In this document: positions 13,500 through 28,079 of the stretch, one piece after another
How positions within the stretch are numbered: position 1 is the stretch's first letter
How the letters are laid out: the number at the start of each line of letters is the position of its first letter
From: Girardia tigrina
Taxonomy: Eukaryota
DNA length: 64,000 nucleotides
Direction: 5' to 3'
NCBI GenBank assembly: GCA_001938485.1
Contig: MQRK01246750.1
Coordinates: 62,001-126,000 of the forward strand
The notes under the pieces: generated by a model
The model's input: only the letters and a program-made list of their open reading frames with translations
Databases searched by the model: none
Told to the model about the DNA's origin: nothing
Translations under genes and position numbers: made by a program

Positions 13500-13790
13500 A
13501 TATGATAATGTAAAAAATTAAAATTTTGATAACTAATAAAGATATCGATTTATCATTTGGATAATTAAATTAAAGTGTTGATGATAACAGTGGATAATAA
13601 ACAACATCAAACCGATACATATACGATCATATTTACCAAGGACATTTGTCCGTTTACTATTAAAGATAGACTGCCTTTGGAGTAAAAGCAATGGACATAA
13701 ATCAAAAATTTAAAAGCATGACATTTCAAGCTGTTAAAGAAGACGATAAATAATTTTGGATTAATCGTTATGGATTAAATATGAATACAG
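13500..13790 (+). mobile_element. Decayed PLE GIY-YIG C-terminus (Neptune-like)
   Basis: FWINRYGLN resembles the ExxWIxxL...GLN end of PLE endonucleases. Confidence 0.3.
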
Positions 13791-13997
13791 GCTCGGAATT
13801 GTTGAATATTTGTATAAAAGAATTAGAACAACGACGTTTCCTACGCAAGAACTCAGCTTGCTAACGACACCAAGAGCAACAAATGGGGCGCCGCATTTTT
13901 ATGGGCGCCGATGGTGGCAGTCAACCCCTTCAGCAAAAGTAATTTTAAAGAGTTTTCAAAGATACTATTGGATAATAATGGATTATATATATACCAT

Positions 13998-14162
13998 AAA
14001 ATTTTGTTTAAATTTTCAACTATCATTTTTGTTTTAAATAAATGAAGTTTATGCACTTTTATTCTTAAAATAATACATATAAATTCATTATTTAAAAATA
14101 AAAGTGCATAAATTTCATTTATTTAAAACAAAAATGAAAGTTGAAAAATTTAACAAAATTTT
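13998..14162. repeat. AT-rich foldback palindrome (arms about 75 bp)
   Basis: aaaattttgtttaaattttcaactatcatttttgttttaaataaatgaagtttatgcacttttatt is mirrored on the right with few mismatches. Confidence 0.8.
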
Positions 14163-15149
14163 AATCGTTGTCTTTTATATCATTAAGGAAAAAAATTGCA
14201 AATAAAAATTCTTTTAATATAAAATATTTTCACTAAAATATCTTCTGCATTCTCTTTGATTATTTTTAATTTCCCTCTATAATTATTAATTAACTCTTTC
14301 AATTTGAAAAGAAATATTTGATAAGATATCAATATTAACTTTTCACAATTTTATTCTTTTATTGAATTAATTAGTCTTTTTTTTATAAATTTTAATTGTG
14401 TTCAAATTTTCTATTGATAAAAAAACGTAAAAATAAATTTCGATTATTTCGAGAATTTATTGTTGAAGAAAATATAAATATGTTTGGTCTTAAAAAAATT
14501 GTTTTATTCGGAAAATTTTTGCAAAAGTTCTTTGATAATTAAAGGAAAATAAGAAATATTTTTATTTGTCTATAATGAATTGGTAATTATTTTGGTTTTT
14601 TCTACATTAATTTCGATAATTATCTGAAATGTTAAATGTTAGTTTGATTAAATTAAATAAATGTTATTTTTTATTTAGTCCAAAATTTATTTTAGAAATC
14701 AGTTTTTTACGGAAGATTTTATTGATTGTAATTTTAAAATATTTTATCTTTAAATAATTTTACAAACTTTTTCGAGACTTTCATTACTTTCCTCTGTCTG
14801 ACCTAAATTGCTTTATAATGAAAAGTAATTCTTTTGAATAAACTCATGAACAATGATATTAAATAACTCTTTTTGAAACTTTTTAATGTTCTTTTCCTAA
14901 AGATTTTAATGTCCATGTTTTCTATTTAAGATACCGTAGATCATATAAATTATTTTTATGTAATTTGACAATATATTTTATACATTAATCATAATTCATA
15001 ATAATATTTTTTATATTATTTTATAAATCATTATTTTACATCAATAATTAAGGTTACTTGTAAACATTTTCAGGATTCCTATAAACATATAAAACATTTA
15101 CAAAAAATACAGTTAACGTGATAATATTATATATTTCTATCAGAAAAAA

Positions 15150-15600
15150 TAGTTGAATCTTTAGGGGGTTTTATAAGTTTGTAAAACATACAATTTTTCC
15201 TACTTCCTTTTGTGCTTATATTAGGTATAATTTCAATTTCAATAATATTTATTCCAGTTGTCTTAATAAATTAAAAGAATTCGCTGACTACATTAAAATT
15301 ACATATATTGGACCGATAAATTTATTCAATTCAGAAAATATCAATAATTCTGCTACAAGATTTAATATTAAAATTTGGAATTGTTATTTATCAGTTTTCA
15401 TCAAAAAGATGTTAACGATAACTATACTCTAAAACACCAATTATCAAATTGACATCGCAGAATAAAACACTTAAGTAAGAAGAAATATGTAATCAATAAT
15501 GAAAGAATTGAATATATTGTAAGATTATACGACGAATTTAAATCAAATGGAGAGATAAATGTTTATTTATTTGAATATACGAAACATGCTAAAGAATAAT
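15150..15600 (+). mobile_element. Decayed MULE transposase C-terminal remnant
   Basis: EFADYIKITYIG...FNIKIWNCY...LTIT resembles the MULE pattern FxxYxxxTYI..WN..RTNN. Confidence 0.45.
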
Positions 15601-15786
15601 TTCTCGTTTAATTAATACATTACGTTATTATTGACTTGTTTGTTCTTTATAAATAATTAATTATTTAAATCTTTTTCTTATTTTTATACCAAATGTCTGA
15701 GGACCATCTAAAAGACAAATTAATCCTTATTTTGAAAAGCCCACAACTGCCATTACCCAATAATAACCCCATAATTATTTTTTTAA

Positions 15787-16049
15787 CACGTTGATCGCCA
15801 AAAGGATTTTCGTAAAATGTCCAAAAATTGTGTTCACGCTTTTAGGTTTAATTAAATAAAAGGGGTTGAGAATATAGTTATTTAATTTGTTTTTAGGTAT
15901 TTTAAGGTGATTTTTTGTGTTTTTTGATGTGCCAGGCGGTTATGTTTAATAGTAGTTTAGTACGGGTAGCATGGCTGACAGGTAGAATAAAAAGCTAGAA
16001 TCAAGTATGTCATTTCGGCAACTGGGTGGCTGACTCGGTGGGCAACGTG
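15787..16049. mobile_element. piggyBac-type MITE (263 bp)
   Basis: TTAA|CACGTTG...CAACGTG|TTAA. Confidence 0.75.
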
Positions 16050-18759
16050 TTAAAAATTAAACTCAAATTTTCGTTTTTCATAACTTAATGAATTTTTAGT
16101 ATTGTTTCGTAGGTATGTCAATAAAAATATCTCGTTGCTTTCAGATCTGAACTAACATTTTGAAGGAAGTCAACAATATCTCTAACAGTCTTGTCTCTTG
16201 TATCATCTTGTTGATATGTCATGCTTTATCTATCTAAAAGTTCTATAACTCAAAATATTTGAGGACACATTTCCTTGCTACAAACATTTTGCTTTTAAGT
16301 TTCCTTTTTCTTTCGTAGGTACAAAGATACTCATGAATCAAAGTAAAAGCTTAATAAATCTTAGTTTTGTTTTCCCATCAAAATAATACTGCAAAATGAA
16401 AATTACATAAAGTTGTAAATTATCGTATTCAACTTGTTCTGAATTCAAACTCAAACTATTATATTATCATTATTAATATTTATATCCTCTCGTATTTACT
16501 GAAGATAAATTCAAATCGACTATGTAATGAAATTTTTTATCGCTTCGATTGTCGTAATTAGTCTGCATTTATATATATATATATATATATATGCATTGAT
16601 ATATGTAGATAAATATAAAAAGAATGCAAACTAAGAAAATGGTGGTTAAAAGTTTAATAAGAATTGTGCTAATCAAAAAAATCTAAATTTGTCTAATACA
16701 TTGGAAAGAACTTGGTATTGGTTTCCTATTAGAAAATATATACTCCTGAAATATTTTATGTTAAGACTGGATGAGAATAAAGAACTTTTAGTTCTCAAAG
16801 AAACTTTCTATTGTCTGTAAATACTTTTTAAATCCTTAGAAGTGTAAAAAAAAATAAAGTTCTAAATTAATAATATATGTTATCTTTTCATTTTTATGTG
16901 AGTTTTAAATTCTCCGAAAACATTTTTTCCATACAAAATTGATAGATGAAAAACGATTTGAATAATTAAAGAAATATATAATATTTGGATAATTCTTAAC
17001 AAAATTATTTGTGTATCAATACATTTTCAAATTACTTTAGAAAGAATATTTACTTCAATAAGTAATAGATTATGTCAGTTTGCAAGACGGACAACAAAAT
17101 ACGAAGGATACAATTCCTTATTAAAAGTAACGAAATAGGAACTTCAACAATGTCTTTCTACTTTATTCTACGGATTAATACATTTATTTTATAATAATAA
17201 TAATAATAATATATCACATAGAAATTGATGATGTGTCAATTTGTAAATTTATTAATAATTTATGTCTCGATTTTATGTTTTTATCACTGAGACTGAAAAG
17301 AATATATTTATAGAACTGACAACTTTGTCTGACGAAATGGTTCAAGATCCGTTCAAGACAAAACTGAAATATGAACCAGACGAATTACGTTTGGAAACAC
17401 AAAAAACATTCTGCCGACAAAACTGACAGTATCCCGGTTCCATGTTAAAAGTTACAATTCATTGTCTTTATTTTAATAAAAAAATATAGATAATAAATAT
17501 ATTACTTTGCTAGGTAGAAAGAAGTGATTAAAGACAAAATATAATCGACATATTTAAAAGTTTGACTAAAAAAAATTATTTTTTTTCTTATTATTTTTAT
17601 TTTTTCGGAAAATATGACAAAGTTACATTGAGTATATAATACAAGTACCATTCGAATTTATATAGACACTGATGTTTTTATAATAATGCATAGAAATAAA
17701 TAATTGTATAGAAGAACTTTGCGTCAGTATTTAAGAAGAAAAAAGAGAATATTATAATCAAAAGTCAAATTTATCATTGACAAATACAAAATATATATAA
17801 TCTCACTGATAGGGAATGTGCATCATACAGATCAAGAGGATGTTCAGGGATTCCTTTGCATTTATAGTTATTAGATTTTATTATTATTATTTCCTTTTCC
17901 AGAGAGTGTCAGAAAGCATTTAAAAATCCAAACAGACATCGTATCTTCTTTAGATTCCAAAAAAAGTATTATAAAAGTAAAGCTTATTAACATCAAAATT
18001 TAAAAAACCAACATTTAGTTCGTGAAAATTGATTTTTGTAGGAAAGTCCCTCAAAAAAAGAAGAAATAAATTAATTCTTACATTTAGCAATGTTATAAAA
18101 GCACTTAGAAATGCATTGAAATACAACAGAATCTTCCAATTTAGTAATGATTTATTGAAAGAGAAAGTTTATTAATATGAAAATTTGTAATATTTCTGTT
18201 TTTTTTAAATAATTTATTAATTTCAGAATTTGCGAGATTTATATTCGATGGGAAATATCGGAGCAGTAAGGAGACAAATCGTGAATTAATAACTTTTTGA
18301 ACTGAAATTTTATTGAAAAAAATATGTTTTTAAGAATTAATATTTTAATTTTATGGTAGAGTATTACTTTACGGATTTATAAAATGGTTTGAAAGACGAA
18401 AATTTGTTTCCTCTTCGTTTACATGTTTGCCGATAAGTATGTATCCTTTCTTTTCATCGTTCATTTTCAGTGTTTTTTACTTTCACTGGTCCTCTACTAT
18501 AATGTATTTAGATTTTTAAAATAAAATTTATGCCACTTTATTTATATTTTATTTTTTTTAATTTTAAGTATGATGAAGGCTTAATAGACTTGGAGATCAA
18601 TCGTCCATTTTTGTCGATTAAAAAGAAAAGCACCTTTATCTCTACAAAGTTCAAGTACTCAATTCCATTCGTCTACAAAGTTCTGTTTCAATTGAGAAAT
18701 AAGGTTTTCGTGCAAGAGAATAAAAAACAAGGCTATTCAAGAATTTTTAACACTTGATA

Positions 18760-19550
18760 AGACTCTAGAAATATATAAGAAGATAATCCATCGTTTGTGA
18801 ACTCAAAAACTATTGATGTTTGAACAGACAATAGCTAATTGATCAAGCAAAATAAAACCACCTCAAAAATGCCAGATATTGAAGAAGTTTTTTGAGTGAC
18901 TCACGTTGAAAACGTGTTTTGTTTGGACGAAAAGATTTCCTTCATGGAAATTGCATAGAACTTTGAAAATTACCGACACCTTTGGTCATCAGGTCTAAAA
19001 AAGCAGAAGAAAAATTGTTGCAACAAAGAAGCTGCTTCCAAAGATTTATTTGGTGTAGAGAGGAGTCTTGGCAAACGATCAATGGATTTTTATCCATAAA
19101 AGCAAAAAGAAATTAAAACTTACATAAGATTTGATTAAAAACGGAGCCAAAAGCAGTCTGGCTTTCTTGGACAAGAAAATCAAAGATCACTCTAGGAAGA
19201 AATTTGAAATCCAAGTACCCTGATCTATCATCACTCGATTGCTCTTTTGTGATGTTTTCGATCAACATTTTTATCGACAGGAAATCAACAATTCAGTGAA
19301 TTTTCGTCCGAAATTGTTAATTTGTTACTTCCAGCATATGTTTGAGTCGGTCAAGTAGCAAAATTAAAACCATTATCCCGCAGGTTTCAAACACCTCGAA
19401 AATTTGTTGTAAAGGTTTATTAGTTTATTTAACCAAAATTTTTTATGTGAAAAACAAAGTTGTTCCATTAAAAATATATTTAATGACATTATTTTTTTAC
19501 GGATCCACCATCCTCTTTCAGGTCAATGATTTATAATTTAATTCACCTGT
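18760..19550 (+). mobile_element. Decayed Tc1/mariner (maT-like) remnant
   Basis: VFCLDEKIS and PDLSSLD-like motifs; possible terminal CACCTG|TA. Confidence 0.35.
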
Positions 19551-19619
19551 ATATAAATTAAAAACTAGTTATTGTGTAATCGATTGCATAAAATCATGTT
19601 AATCAAAAATTCTCAATAA

Positions 19620-19870
19620 GCTGGTTGAGACTGCCGATTGAACATTGATTTTAAGGCAACGTGACCTAATTAACAATGCTTCACACGGCACTCTTTATAA
19701 ATCGACACTTTCTCTGTATCGATTGTTTCAAAACTATGTACAACTTCATTTATATAATACGTCCTTATCGGCCACCCTGTAGCTTAATTTATTCTCTAAT
19801 TATATTATAACGAAAGAATCCCCTTCATATAATTCATAACAAATCGCCCCTAAAATGCTTACTTATAATG
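19620..19870 (-). mobile_element. PLE GIY-YIG C-terminal fragment
   Basis: FETIDTEK...RVPCEALLIRSRCLKINVQ matches the EALxIxxxxPxLNxQ end; homologous to 54890-54980. Confidence 0.55.
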
Positions 19871-20493
19871 GTGCAAAACTAAAATTTGATCTATTAAATG
19901 TCTTTTCATGTTGAAACCATTTCATATTTATCAGTTGCGTTGATATCATTTTCAAAATTTGAATTAGGATTCATAATTGTCAATTTTTTTTGTATTGGCA
20001 CAAAATAATAATTTTTATTGCAAACAAATTTCCAATTTTCTTTTAATAATTGATTCGCCGACATTTATCTTAACAATCAAATTCTGATTAAATTTATAAA
20101 AACTGAAACTTAAAAATAATACCTAAATCGATTAAAATTTATTCTAAAATAATAAAAATTTTAAAAACAAGCAATTCTTTGCAAAATATTTTAAATCTTT
20201 TCTTATTGAAAATTGATTCAATTTATTTTAAAATAATATTAATTTTAAAATTTAGGAAAACATTTTATTCTACCATATTAAAAATTAATTATAGCTTAAA
20301 TGTATTATTTCCAGGAATTATATATTTTAAAATATATTCTATTTTTATTATATTATTAATTTCGAAATCAAAATGTAATTTAAAAATTTTTTTTAAAAAG
20401 ATTTTAAAATTATGTTTAAAAATTTTAATTATTTCTAAATTATGAAAATTTATTAGCGAACAGAAAATTAACTAATTCCTCATAATATAATGA

Positions 20494-21125
20494 TAGTCCA
20501 GAAAAAAACCGCGTTTTTTCACTAAACATAAAATTTAGAAATAAAGAAATAGACTATATTTAAATGAAATATTAACAATGTTAGGTTATGCATCATATTC
20601 TTCATAGGGTACCCTTTTGTCAAGCTGGGACGTCAAGTCGTTACAAAGTATGTCCGTCATAACATCTTTACAAGCTACTCTTTTACATCGTTCTTTCTCC
20701 CACTCCCTATATTGCGAATGAAGTTGTTTCTAATGTCATCTGTAAATTTTGTCACCACTTCTTTAACTCTGTGGAGACTGATTTTATCTCCACCTCATAC
20801 TGTTTCAGTTATTTTCAGTTACTTTTTTATTATTGTGACATAATATTTCTTTAACTACGTACATATCTTTTCTTGTTACCTCCATAATTAATTTTGAAGT
20901 AGTAAACAATTTTTGAATATAGACATTTAATTTTATCGATTTATCGGCATGAAATTCAATGTAAATTTTGATTGAAAAAATAATAGATGCTAGTCTACGG
21001 AAATCTTATAATCCATAAACATAATGTCATGTTTATTATTAAACTAACACTAGTCTTCAAATGAGCTTAAATATCTATGTCTAATTGCTATTTTCTTTAA
21101 AAAAACGCGGTTCTTTTCCGGACTA
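20494..21125. mobile_element. Non-autonomous TIR element (632 bp), superfamily uncertain
   Basis: TIRs TAGTCCAGAAAAAAACCGCGTTTTTT and AAAAAACGCGGTTCTTTTCCGGACTA; no clear TSD. Confidence 0.7.
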
Positions 21126-21799
21126 CATATATTAATGAAATATCTCTTATTTGATTCTTTGATCCTTCTTAGCAGATGAATCAAACTGTTAATCCTCGAC
21201 CAAAGTAAACTTTTAAGGTGTATTACTTAAACTATTCTTAACCAACAGTTCTTTTTGTGTTATTGCCATACAATAAATGCTTCTATTTTTTGTTAATAGG
21301 AATATTTTTATAATTAAAGAAAAATAAATAAATAATGTTTAATAAACATATCACAGAAATTTATGCTTTATACTTTAATAAAAATAATAATTCACGCATT
21401 ATCTTCTCATATAAATTTCAAATAAAACGTAGAAATATAATTCTATATTATTTTACTAATACAGTAATAAAATGTCAATTAAAATATTCCATTTTTCTTT
21501 TTTAAAAAATTCATTGATATTTAAAATTAATTAATTTTTGTCTACTTATTAATTATCTTTTATAAATAATAAATAATACAATATGGTTAAATTACACATA
21601 TTAATTCGTTTTGCAGTAATTTTTCTTTTTATTTTTTTTCTATTTTTTTGTACATTTTTTCAAATATTTAAATAGAACGTTCGATCATCAGTAAATTAAT
21701 TGAAGAGTGTTATTTTAGTTTCCTTCAGGATAAAAGAAAGAACTGAAAATGTCATAATAATGGATGACAAAATAGAGTTTGTATTTCTGCAAAAGAAGC

Positions 21800-22260
21800 A
21801 ACGAAAATTATAATCTTATCAAAAATTTTCTTTTCGGTTTGAATAATTATGTTTACTTTTTGATTTCGAAAGTATATTCAACAAAATTCTTCCCATATGG
21901 CTGGAACTGTGGTGGAATCTCATTTATCAATGCATACTCAATTGGTGAAACGTCACATTCATTTGCGAGACATCGCATTCCTTCTGAAAAGGAATTTAGG
22001 AAAAAGTCGTAATAAATTCGGAAGTTATATTCCTGGGCAAAGAAAACATTGTAACTGAGATAAAAATTCTCAGAATTTCAAAATATTTTGCACTTATGTT
22101 AACATTTATTTTGAGAGTTACATTTGAAACATTTTGTATAAATACTTTGGATCCTAAATTAAAGTCGAAACTGCATTTTTAACACAGAATTATCCTAGGA
22201 CCAAAGATCGAAGACTAAGATTGTTTCACGCTATATTGAAAAAATAAATAAAAATAATCT
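21800..22260 (+). mobile_element. Decayed PLE endonuclease fragment
   Basis: YSIGETSHSFARHR and ETFCINTLDPKL motifs. Confidence 0.4.
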
Positions 22261-23484
22261 GCTTTGTCTATTTTCTATTTAAAATATGTAATATTGCTGC
22301 ATGTAAATGTATTATATTTTCAACTGGACAATTTCCATTTGGAATATTGGCACGGGCTATTTTTTCCCGCAATTCAGACTTTGAGCACCATTGTTCTAAA
22401 CCTTTATTGGTAGTTCCGTAAATGGTTTGACTACAGAATCATTAACTGTACTATATAAGTAACTTTGTTTACCCGAAATGTATATTATATTTATTCATTA
22501 TGGGAAGCGTCGAAGTTTTAATTTTGGATTTCTATTGACTTTTTATTTGTTTAAAGCTACAAAGACTGGCAGAAAAGCAGTACAATCTTCTTGCAGAAAT
22601 CTTTTTTTTACGAAATGTAAGAAATAAGTATTAAAAAGACAAATTAATATTAATTTAATTAAATTATACTTAAATTTTACTAATTGTTCATTTTTATGAT
22701 CTTCGTTATTTTGCTATAATTTGTTATTTTTGAATTAATAATAAAATCAATATTTTTATAAAAAAATAAAGTATAATAAACAGTAAAACAGAAAAATAAT
22801 CTTTTTTTAATTCCATTAAACTATATTAAAAAAAATAAATAAATTTTAAATCTCAAAATTTATTAATGAAATGAGTAAAAAGTATTTGAAAAAATATTAT
22901 CCATGAAAAAATTTCTTAAATTTTATTTTATTAAATTATTAGTATTTTAATTTAAATATTTATTTATTATTTCAGTTATTTATTTTGCAATTACGTTAAT
23001 TAATTTTTTATTTGTAACTAGTAAACGAAAACAAAATATAACAATTTTTGTAAATATGTTTTACAAAAATTTAATTTATGAGTTTATAAATTAATTAACT
23101 GCCATTATTTACCAAAATTTTAGTAACAAACATTTACATCAATATTTTTAATTATATTAATACATATAAATAACAAATTTAATATAAGATTAATATTAAA
23201 ATTAAAATAATAATTTGGGTTTAAAAAGGAAGTTTAAAAACAAATCATTTATTTATTTTCGTTTGAAATGTGATTTCATGATTATTTTTTACAGATTATA
23301 CGAAAACGATACTTTTTGTTTTCTTAAAAGATTTTTATTTAATTTATTTATAATTTTATAAAATATTACAATATTTGCTTATACCGAAAAACAAAGACTG
23401 AAGCATTATCCAGGCAATATATATTCTCGACTTGATTTTGTTTCCATACCCTTTTGTTGAATAATATTGATTAACCTTGATTAA

Positions 23485-23800
23485 CCCTTCTGAGCCTAAA
23501 CTTTTTGGGACGGTCGGGGTAATTGCGATACCCCAATAATTATTTATTTGTTTAATTATTATTGATTATTTATTTTTCCAGTATATACTTGAGTATTGCA
23601 AAAATAACAGGATGAACTTTCAGCTGCAACCCATAATTTTATACCATACTTACCAGGCTTATATCTCATATACACAGAGAAGTGACATTGTTCCTTATAA
23701 GTTGTTAATCGTTCATCTACGGTTATACTTGCATTAGGAGGATAATTTGACATACAACTTTCACAAACCGCTCGAAAATCGACTTGATCGCTTGGTCGTG
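23485..23800 (-). mobile_element. piggyBac transposase fragment with terminal CCCTT/TTAA
   Basis: ITVDERL...YMRYKPGKYGIKLW...YTGK; TTAA|CCCTT at 23481-23489. Confidence 0.85.
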
Positions 23801-24039
23801 CTGACTAGTTTGGTCAATTCTTTCCGATCTTGGAGAACGATCATTAAATAGAATTTTTCAGAAAATGAGTTTGAATTCCCCTCTACTACTACAGTGTCGT
23901 GCTAAAACCTTGATGTATTCTTAATACCCCATAGTCACGAAAGTTATTTATAACTGATTTTATATTTACGCTGCTTTACTATTCCTGATTTGTATTTTAA
24001 TTAATCGGTTATAGTATGGGATTATTAATGATTCACAAT

Positions 24040-24330
24040 ACAACCTCTCATATTATGAGTCATAATGTGAATCAAAATTTGTTTGAAGAAAGGAAGACTT
24101 ATTCTTCAGAGTCTTATTTCTATTTCTAGTCTCATTCTATCTATGCAAAAACCGCAATGATACAAAACCTTTCTTAATTGACTGGTATGGGAATGCTCAC
24201 TAATCCATGTTTTGAGATGACTTGTTTATTTCAACATTGAACGAGTTGAGACATGCAAATTTATATACAAGATTAACTATCATTATACATTCAGTTCTTG
24301 ACTTTGCTGTAAGGAAGTTTTCATGTTATT
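24040..24330 (-). mobile_element. PLE GIY-YIG fragment
   Basis: NLVYKFAC...TSHLKTWISEH; homologous to 35570-35735. Confidence 0.65.
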
Positions 24331-27300
24331 GACACTATCCTAAAATTATCAATATTTTTAAAAATTGTTTTTTTGAAATTTCTAAAGCCTTCAGGAAATT
24401 GTTATTTATGATTTTAGAACTCTTCTTTTTATCCTTTTTTCTTATTCTTTCAGCTTGGATTCTGTCCAACACTAATCTGATATTGGATAATATTTATTAT
24501 AGCACATAATATACCTCAATTAACATTCGCAAATAGAAGAATAACAAAAATGAATATTGTTAAAAAGGTTTTTAAACAAAATTAAATTGAAGTTTAATAA
24601 TTTATATCCTTGTTATCTAATATTTATACTCAATGTATATAAGAATTATTCATGAAAAACTCGTCCAGTGTCTATAGTGAATTTTATTAGTTTTTATGTC
24701 GAGATTATATTACAGCATGGTGTGACGTGAGAGACAAAAAAGATTAGCTTCAGAAATTGGCAAATCAAGGAGAAATTAAATTCCATCTTAAAAATAATGA
24801 TCATTTCCATTGCAACATAAAAATAATTTTATTATTTGATTTATTTTTTCTGAATGTCTTTTAAGCGTACTCTTAGGGGTAGTAGTACCAGGGACTGGAA
24901 ACTGCTTTAATGTAAATTTTATATTATCCCTTATTTTTCTTTTGTTATGTATTTGATATCGGTTGAAGTATTTATGAAATTTGTTAAAATATATTTATTT
25001 GAAAAAATTGGCTTTTCGTTTTATTCACAAACTATACAGAGAGTAATATATTTATTTAAGTAAAGAGACATGTCCTCAATGGGGTACTGTGAGTTTGAAA
25101 GGATTTATTAAGAATGATGGTCATTTTTATTTCCCTAACCCCTTCAAGTATAATTAATTGTCATGTTTCATAACAAATTTCAACAAATTAAAAGTTTTTC
25201 TCTAACAAATTAATGTTTAAAATATAATAATAAGAGTATTAAAATATGTTTTAATCTGTTTCAATTAAATGTGGATTTTTGATGTTTGACTTTTTCGAAG
25301 AGGAAAACGTATTTCTTGTTTTCTTTTCAATTTTAATTAGTCTAAGTCTACGATTAATTATTTCAGCCTCAATTATCTTTCGAGGAAAAAAATGTTAACG
25401 ATATTTCCATTTTGGTATCGAAATAACTTTTCAGTAAATATTGTCGCAAAATAAAATGTTTTTAGATTTTTCTTTCTTCCGACAAAATTTTTTGGGAATT
25501 TTCAATTTATTTTTTATTATTTAAACAGTATTAATTGATAATTATAAATATAATATCAAAAATTTTATTTGTTAATGTAGGAATTTCAATCAATACAAGA
25601 AATTTAATTTTGTGTCTTCTTTGTCAAAAGAATTGATATTATCCTTATGTATTTTATTTGTAAGAAAGATTTTTCATTGTTTAAATTGGAAATAGAAAAT
25701 TTATAATAAATATAAATTAAATTTGATTAAATCATATTATTTTATTACATCCAGAAATTAATTTGAAGATTGTGTGACCTAGCTAACAGTGCATCTTAAG
25801 TCCCTTTCTCTCAATAATTTAACAAATTTTAACATATAACATTAAAATTATTATTTTTGATCTCATTTGAAATTTCTCACTTTTATCAATGATAACGAAC
25901 CTCAGACTCTCTAGGTATTTAAGACTGATATTTAAGATATTATAAAAACAGATCATGTTAAAATTAACATGAGTACCAAGTTTCAAAATTCATCATTGTA
26001 TAGAGCCCAATAAACCCTTGGAATGCCAGTACTTATCAGCATTACTGTGTCACAACCAGAATTTGTAGTCCTGAAAAGGACCGTTTTACTTTCTCTAATG
26101 CCACCCTTACAATGACACCCGGACGCTCTTACAGCACTCTTTCTGTCTCTTTCTCTTGACACTTGGGTTCTTACTGTGCCACCATTTGGCATGGTTGTAA
26201 AAATCCCCTTCATCTTGAACGGGACATCAGCAAGCAGCCGATTTAATTATTTTTTCTATTTTTCATTATTTTCACAATATCGGTTTAGATTTTATATTGT
26301 TTTGAGAGTGGATATTTCGGATTTTTAATATTATATTTTTTTTAATATTATATATATTTTCTATAATTTTACTACGACACAGGCCTCCCCCACCAAAGCC
26401 GCAGTGTCACAGCTGCGCAAATGCAATGACTCAGCAATCATAACTTTATTAAAAGTCAACTTTTTTTAATTTTTTAACAAAACATTTTATAATAATTATC
26501 GTGTAATGTAATTTTTATATTAAAAAATATTTACTGACTCATATTTTCAATTTAGATAAATATTTCAATTTTGTATTCTAATTTTAAACATTTTAATATA
26601 ATTTTAAATGTTTTATGAAAATATTGGTATTTATAACAATAGCATTTTTAGTAATTTTCTGATTAATTTAAAAATTGGTAATATTATTTATTTTCCTTTA
26701 TTTTAAAACATTGAAAGTTTGTTTATTATAACTTCGTCAATAGAAAAAAAAATTTTCAAAAATTTTTTATCCTTAATTTAATTATCTTTATTTTTTACTT
26801 TATTTCTAACAATTTTTTATTAATTTAATAAACTAAATATATATTTATATATTAACAAAATTGAGTTTCATAATTTGAAAAATTTGTGTTTCTATCCTGT
26901 CCGACTCTTTGAAGTGACTTTTTTTCCTTTCGTCGACAGTCGACTAAAAGAGGCTCCGGTGAATTTTTTTGTCATATTTTAGTTTTTTTATAATGTATCA
27001 AAACAAATTTTTTTTAGATAATTTTCTTTTTTATAATATCTTGGTAATTTTAATTAATTAAAAATATAATAATAAAATTCACACATTTATTTACATTTCT
27101 CGAAAAGAAGCAATAAAAATCAATATATAAAAAATTAATTACTCGATAATACTTGATTTAAATAAAAATTTAATCAAATATATTTTATTTAATGTTTTTG
27201 AAAATCAAAATTATTATTCAAATTACCATTAATATTTTTTCAAAATTATTATTAAGAAAATAGAAAACACAGATTTAAATATATCAAAATATATTAAATA

Positions 27301-27876
27301 CAACAATTTATAAATAAAATAATATTACTAAAATTAACATAAGAACAAAAAGTGTTTATGATTATTAATTACCTGATTAATAATTATAATCCCTGGGTCG
27401 AAAGTTAATTGATTGTTGTACGATCTATATTTGGTTTTCTTTTATGTCTTTTTGTGAGTTTCATTAAATGAAGGGGTCGCAAAAGTGTTTCTGCATTTAA
27501 GATAACTAACTTTGTTAATACAGCATAATCTAAAATTTTGCCAAGTTTTGGAAATTCAAAAAACTGGCCAAATATGGAGTATCAAAAGTACTGGGGTACG
27601 TTCAAACTATTGAAAAATTGACTAAAATGTGAGGGTGCTCAAATTTAGAGTTTACCAATGTTAGAGGTTTAGCTAGCTTTAATTAGACTTTTTAGTACTG
27701 CGTTGGCATTAAAGTTTTGTATCTTTTGATATGTGCACTTGTCGTGGCATTTTTATTAATAAAATATGCACTTAATAATTTTTTAAAACACTAATATTTT
27801 TGGTACTATAAAACGCCATTTTTATGTTTTAAAAACTTAAAGTTTTTCACACATTTTTGCGTGGAATTCTCAACAT

Positions 27877-28070
27877 ATGAAAGGAGCAATTTCGAACAAT
27901 TTTCTTTTATAAGTTCAAGCTAGACCAAAGTGCTGCAGAGATGGCTTGAAAAAATAACGTTGTTTGAAGCGCGAATATTGTAGACAAAACTATTGGAAAA
28001 CGTTGGTTACAGAAATTTTTACGAGAGATTTTGGTTTTGAAGATGCGCCACGAACAGGTCTACCTACAAT
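27877..28070 (+). mobile_element. Mariner transposase 5' fragment
   Basis: YKFKLDQSAAE...RWLQKF...EDAPRTGLP. Confidence 0.6.
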
Positions 28071-28079
28071 AATCTATGT

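Noticed and set aside
25983-26213. 76-aa ORF in a GC-richer patch
   Set aside because: No recognisable domain; only a weak resemblance to a LINE APE N-terminus.
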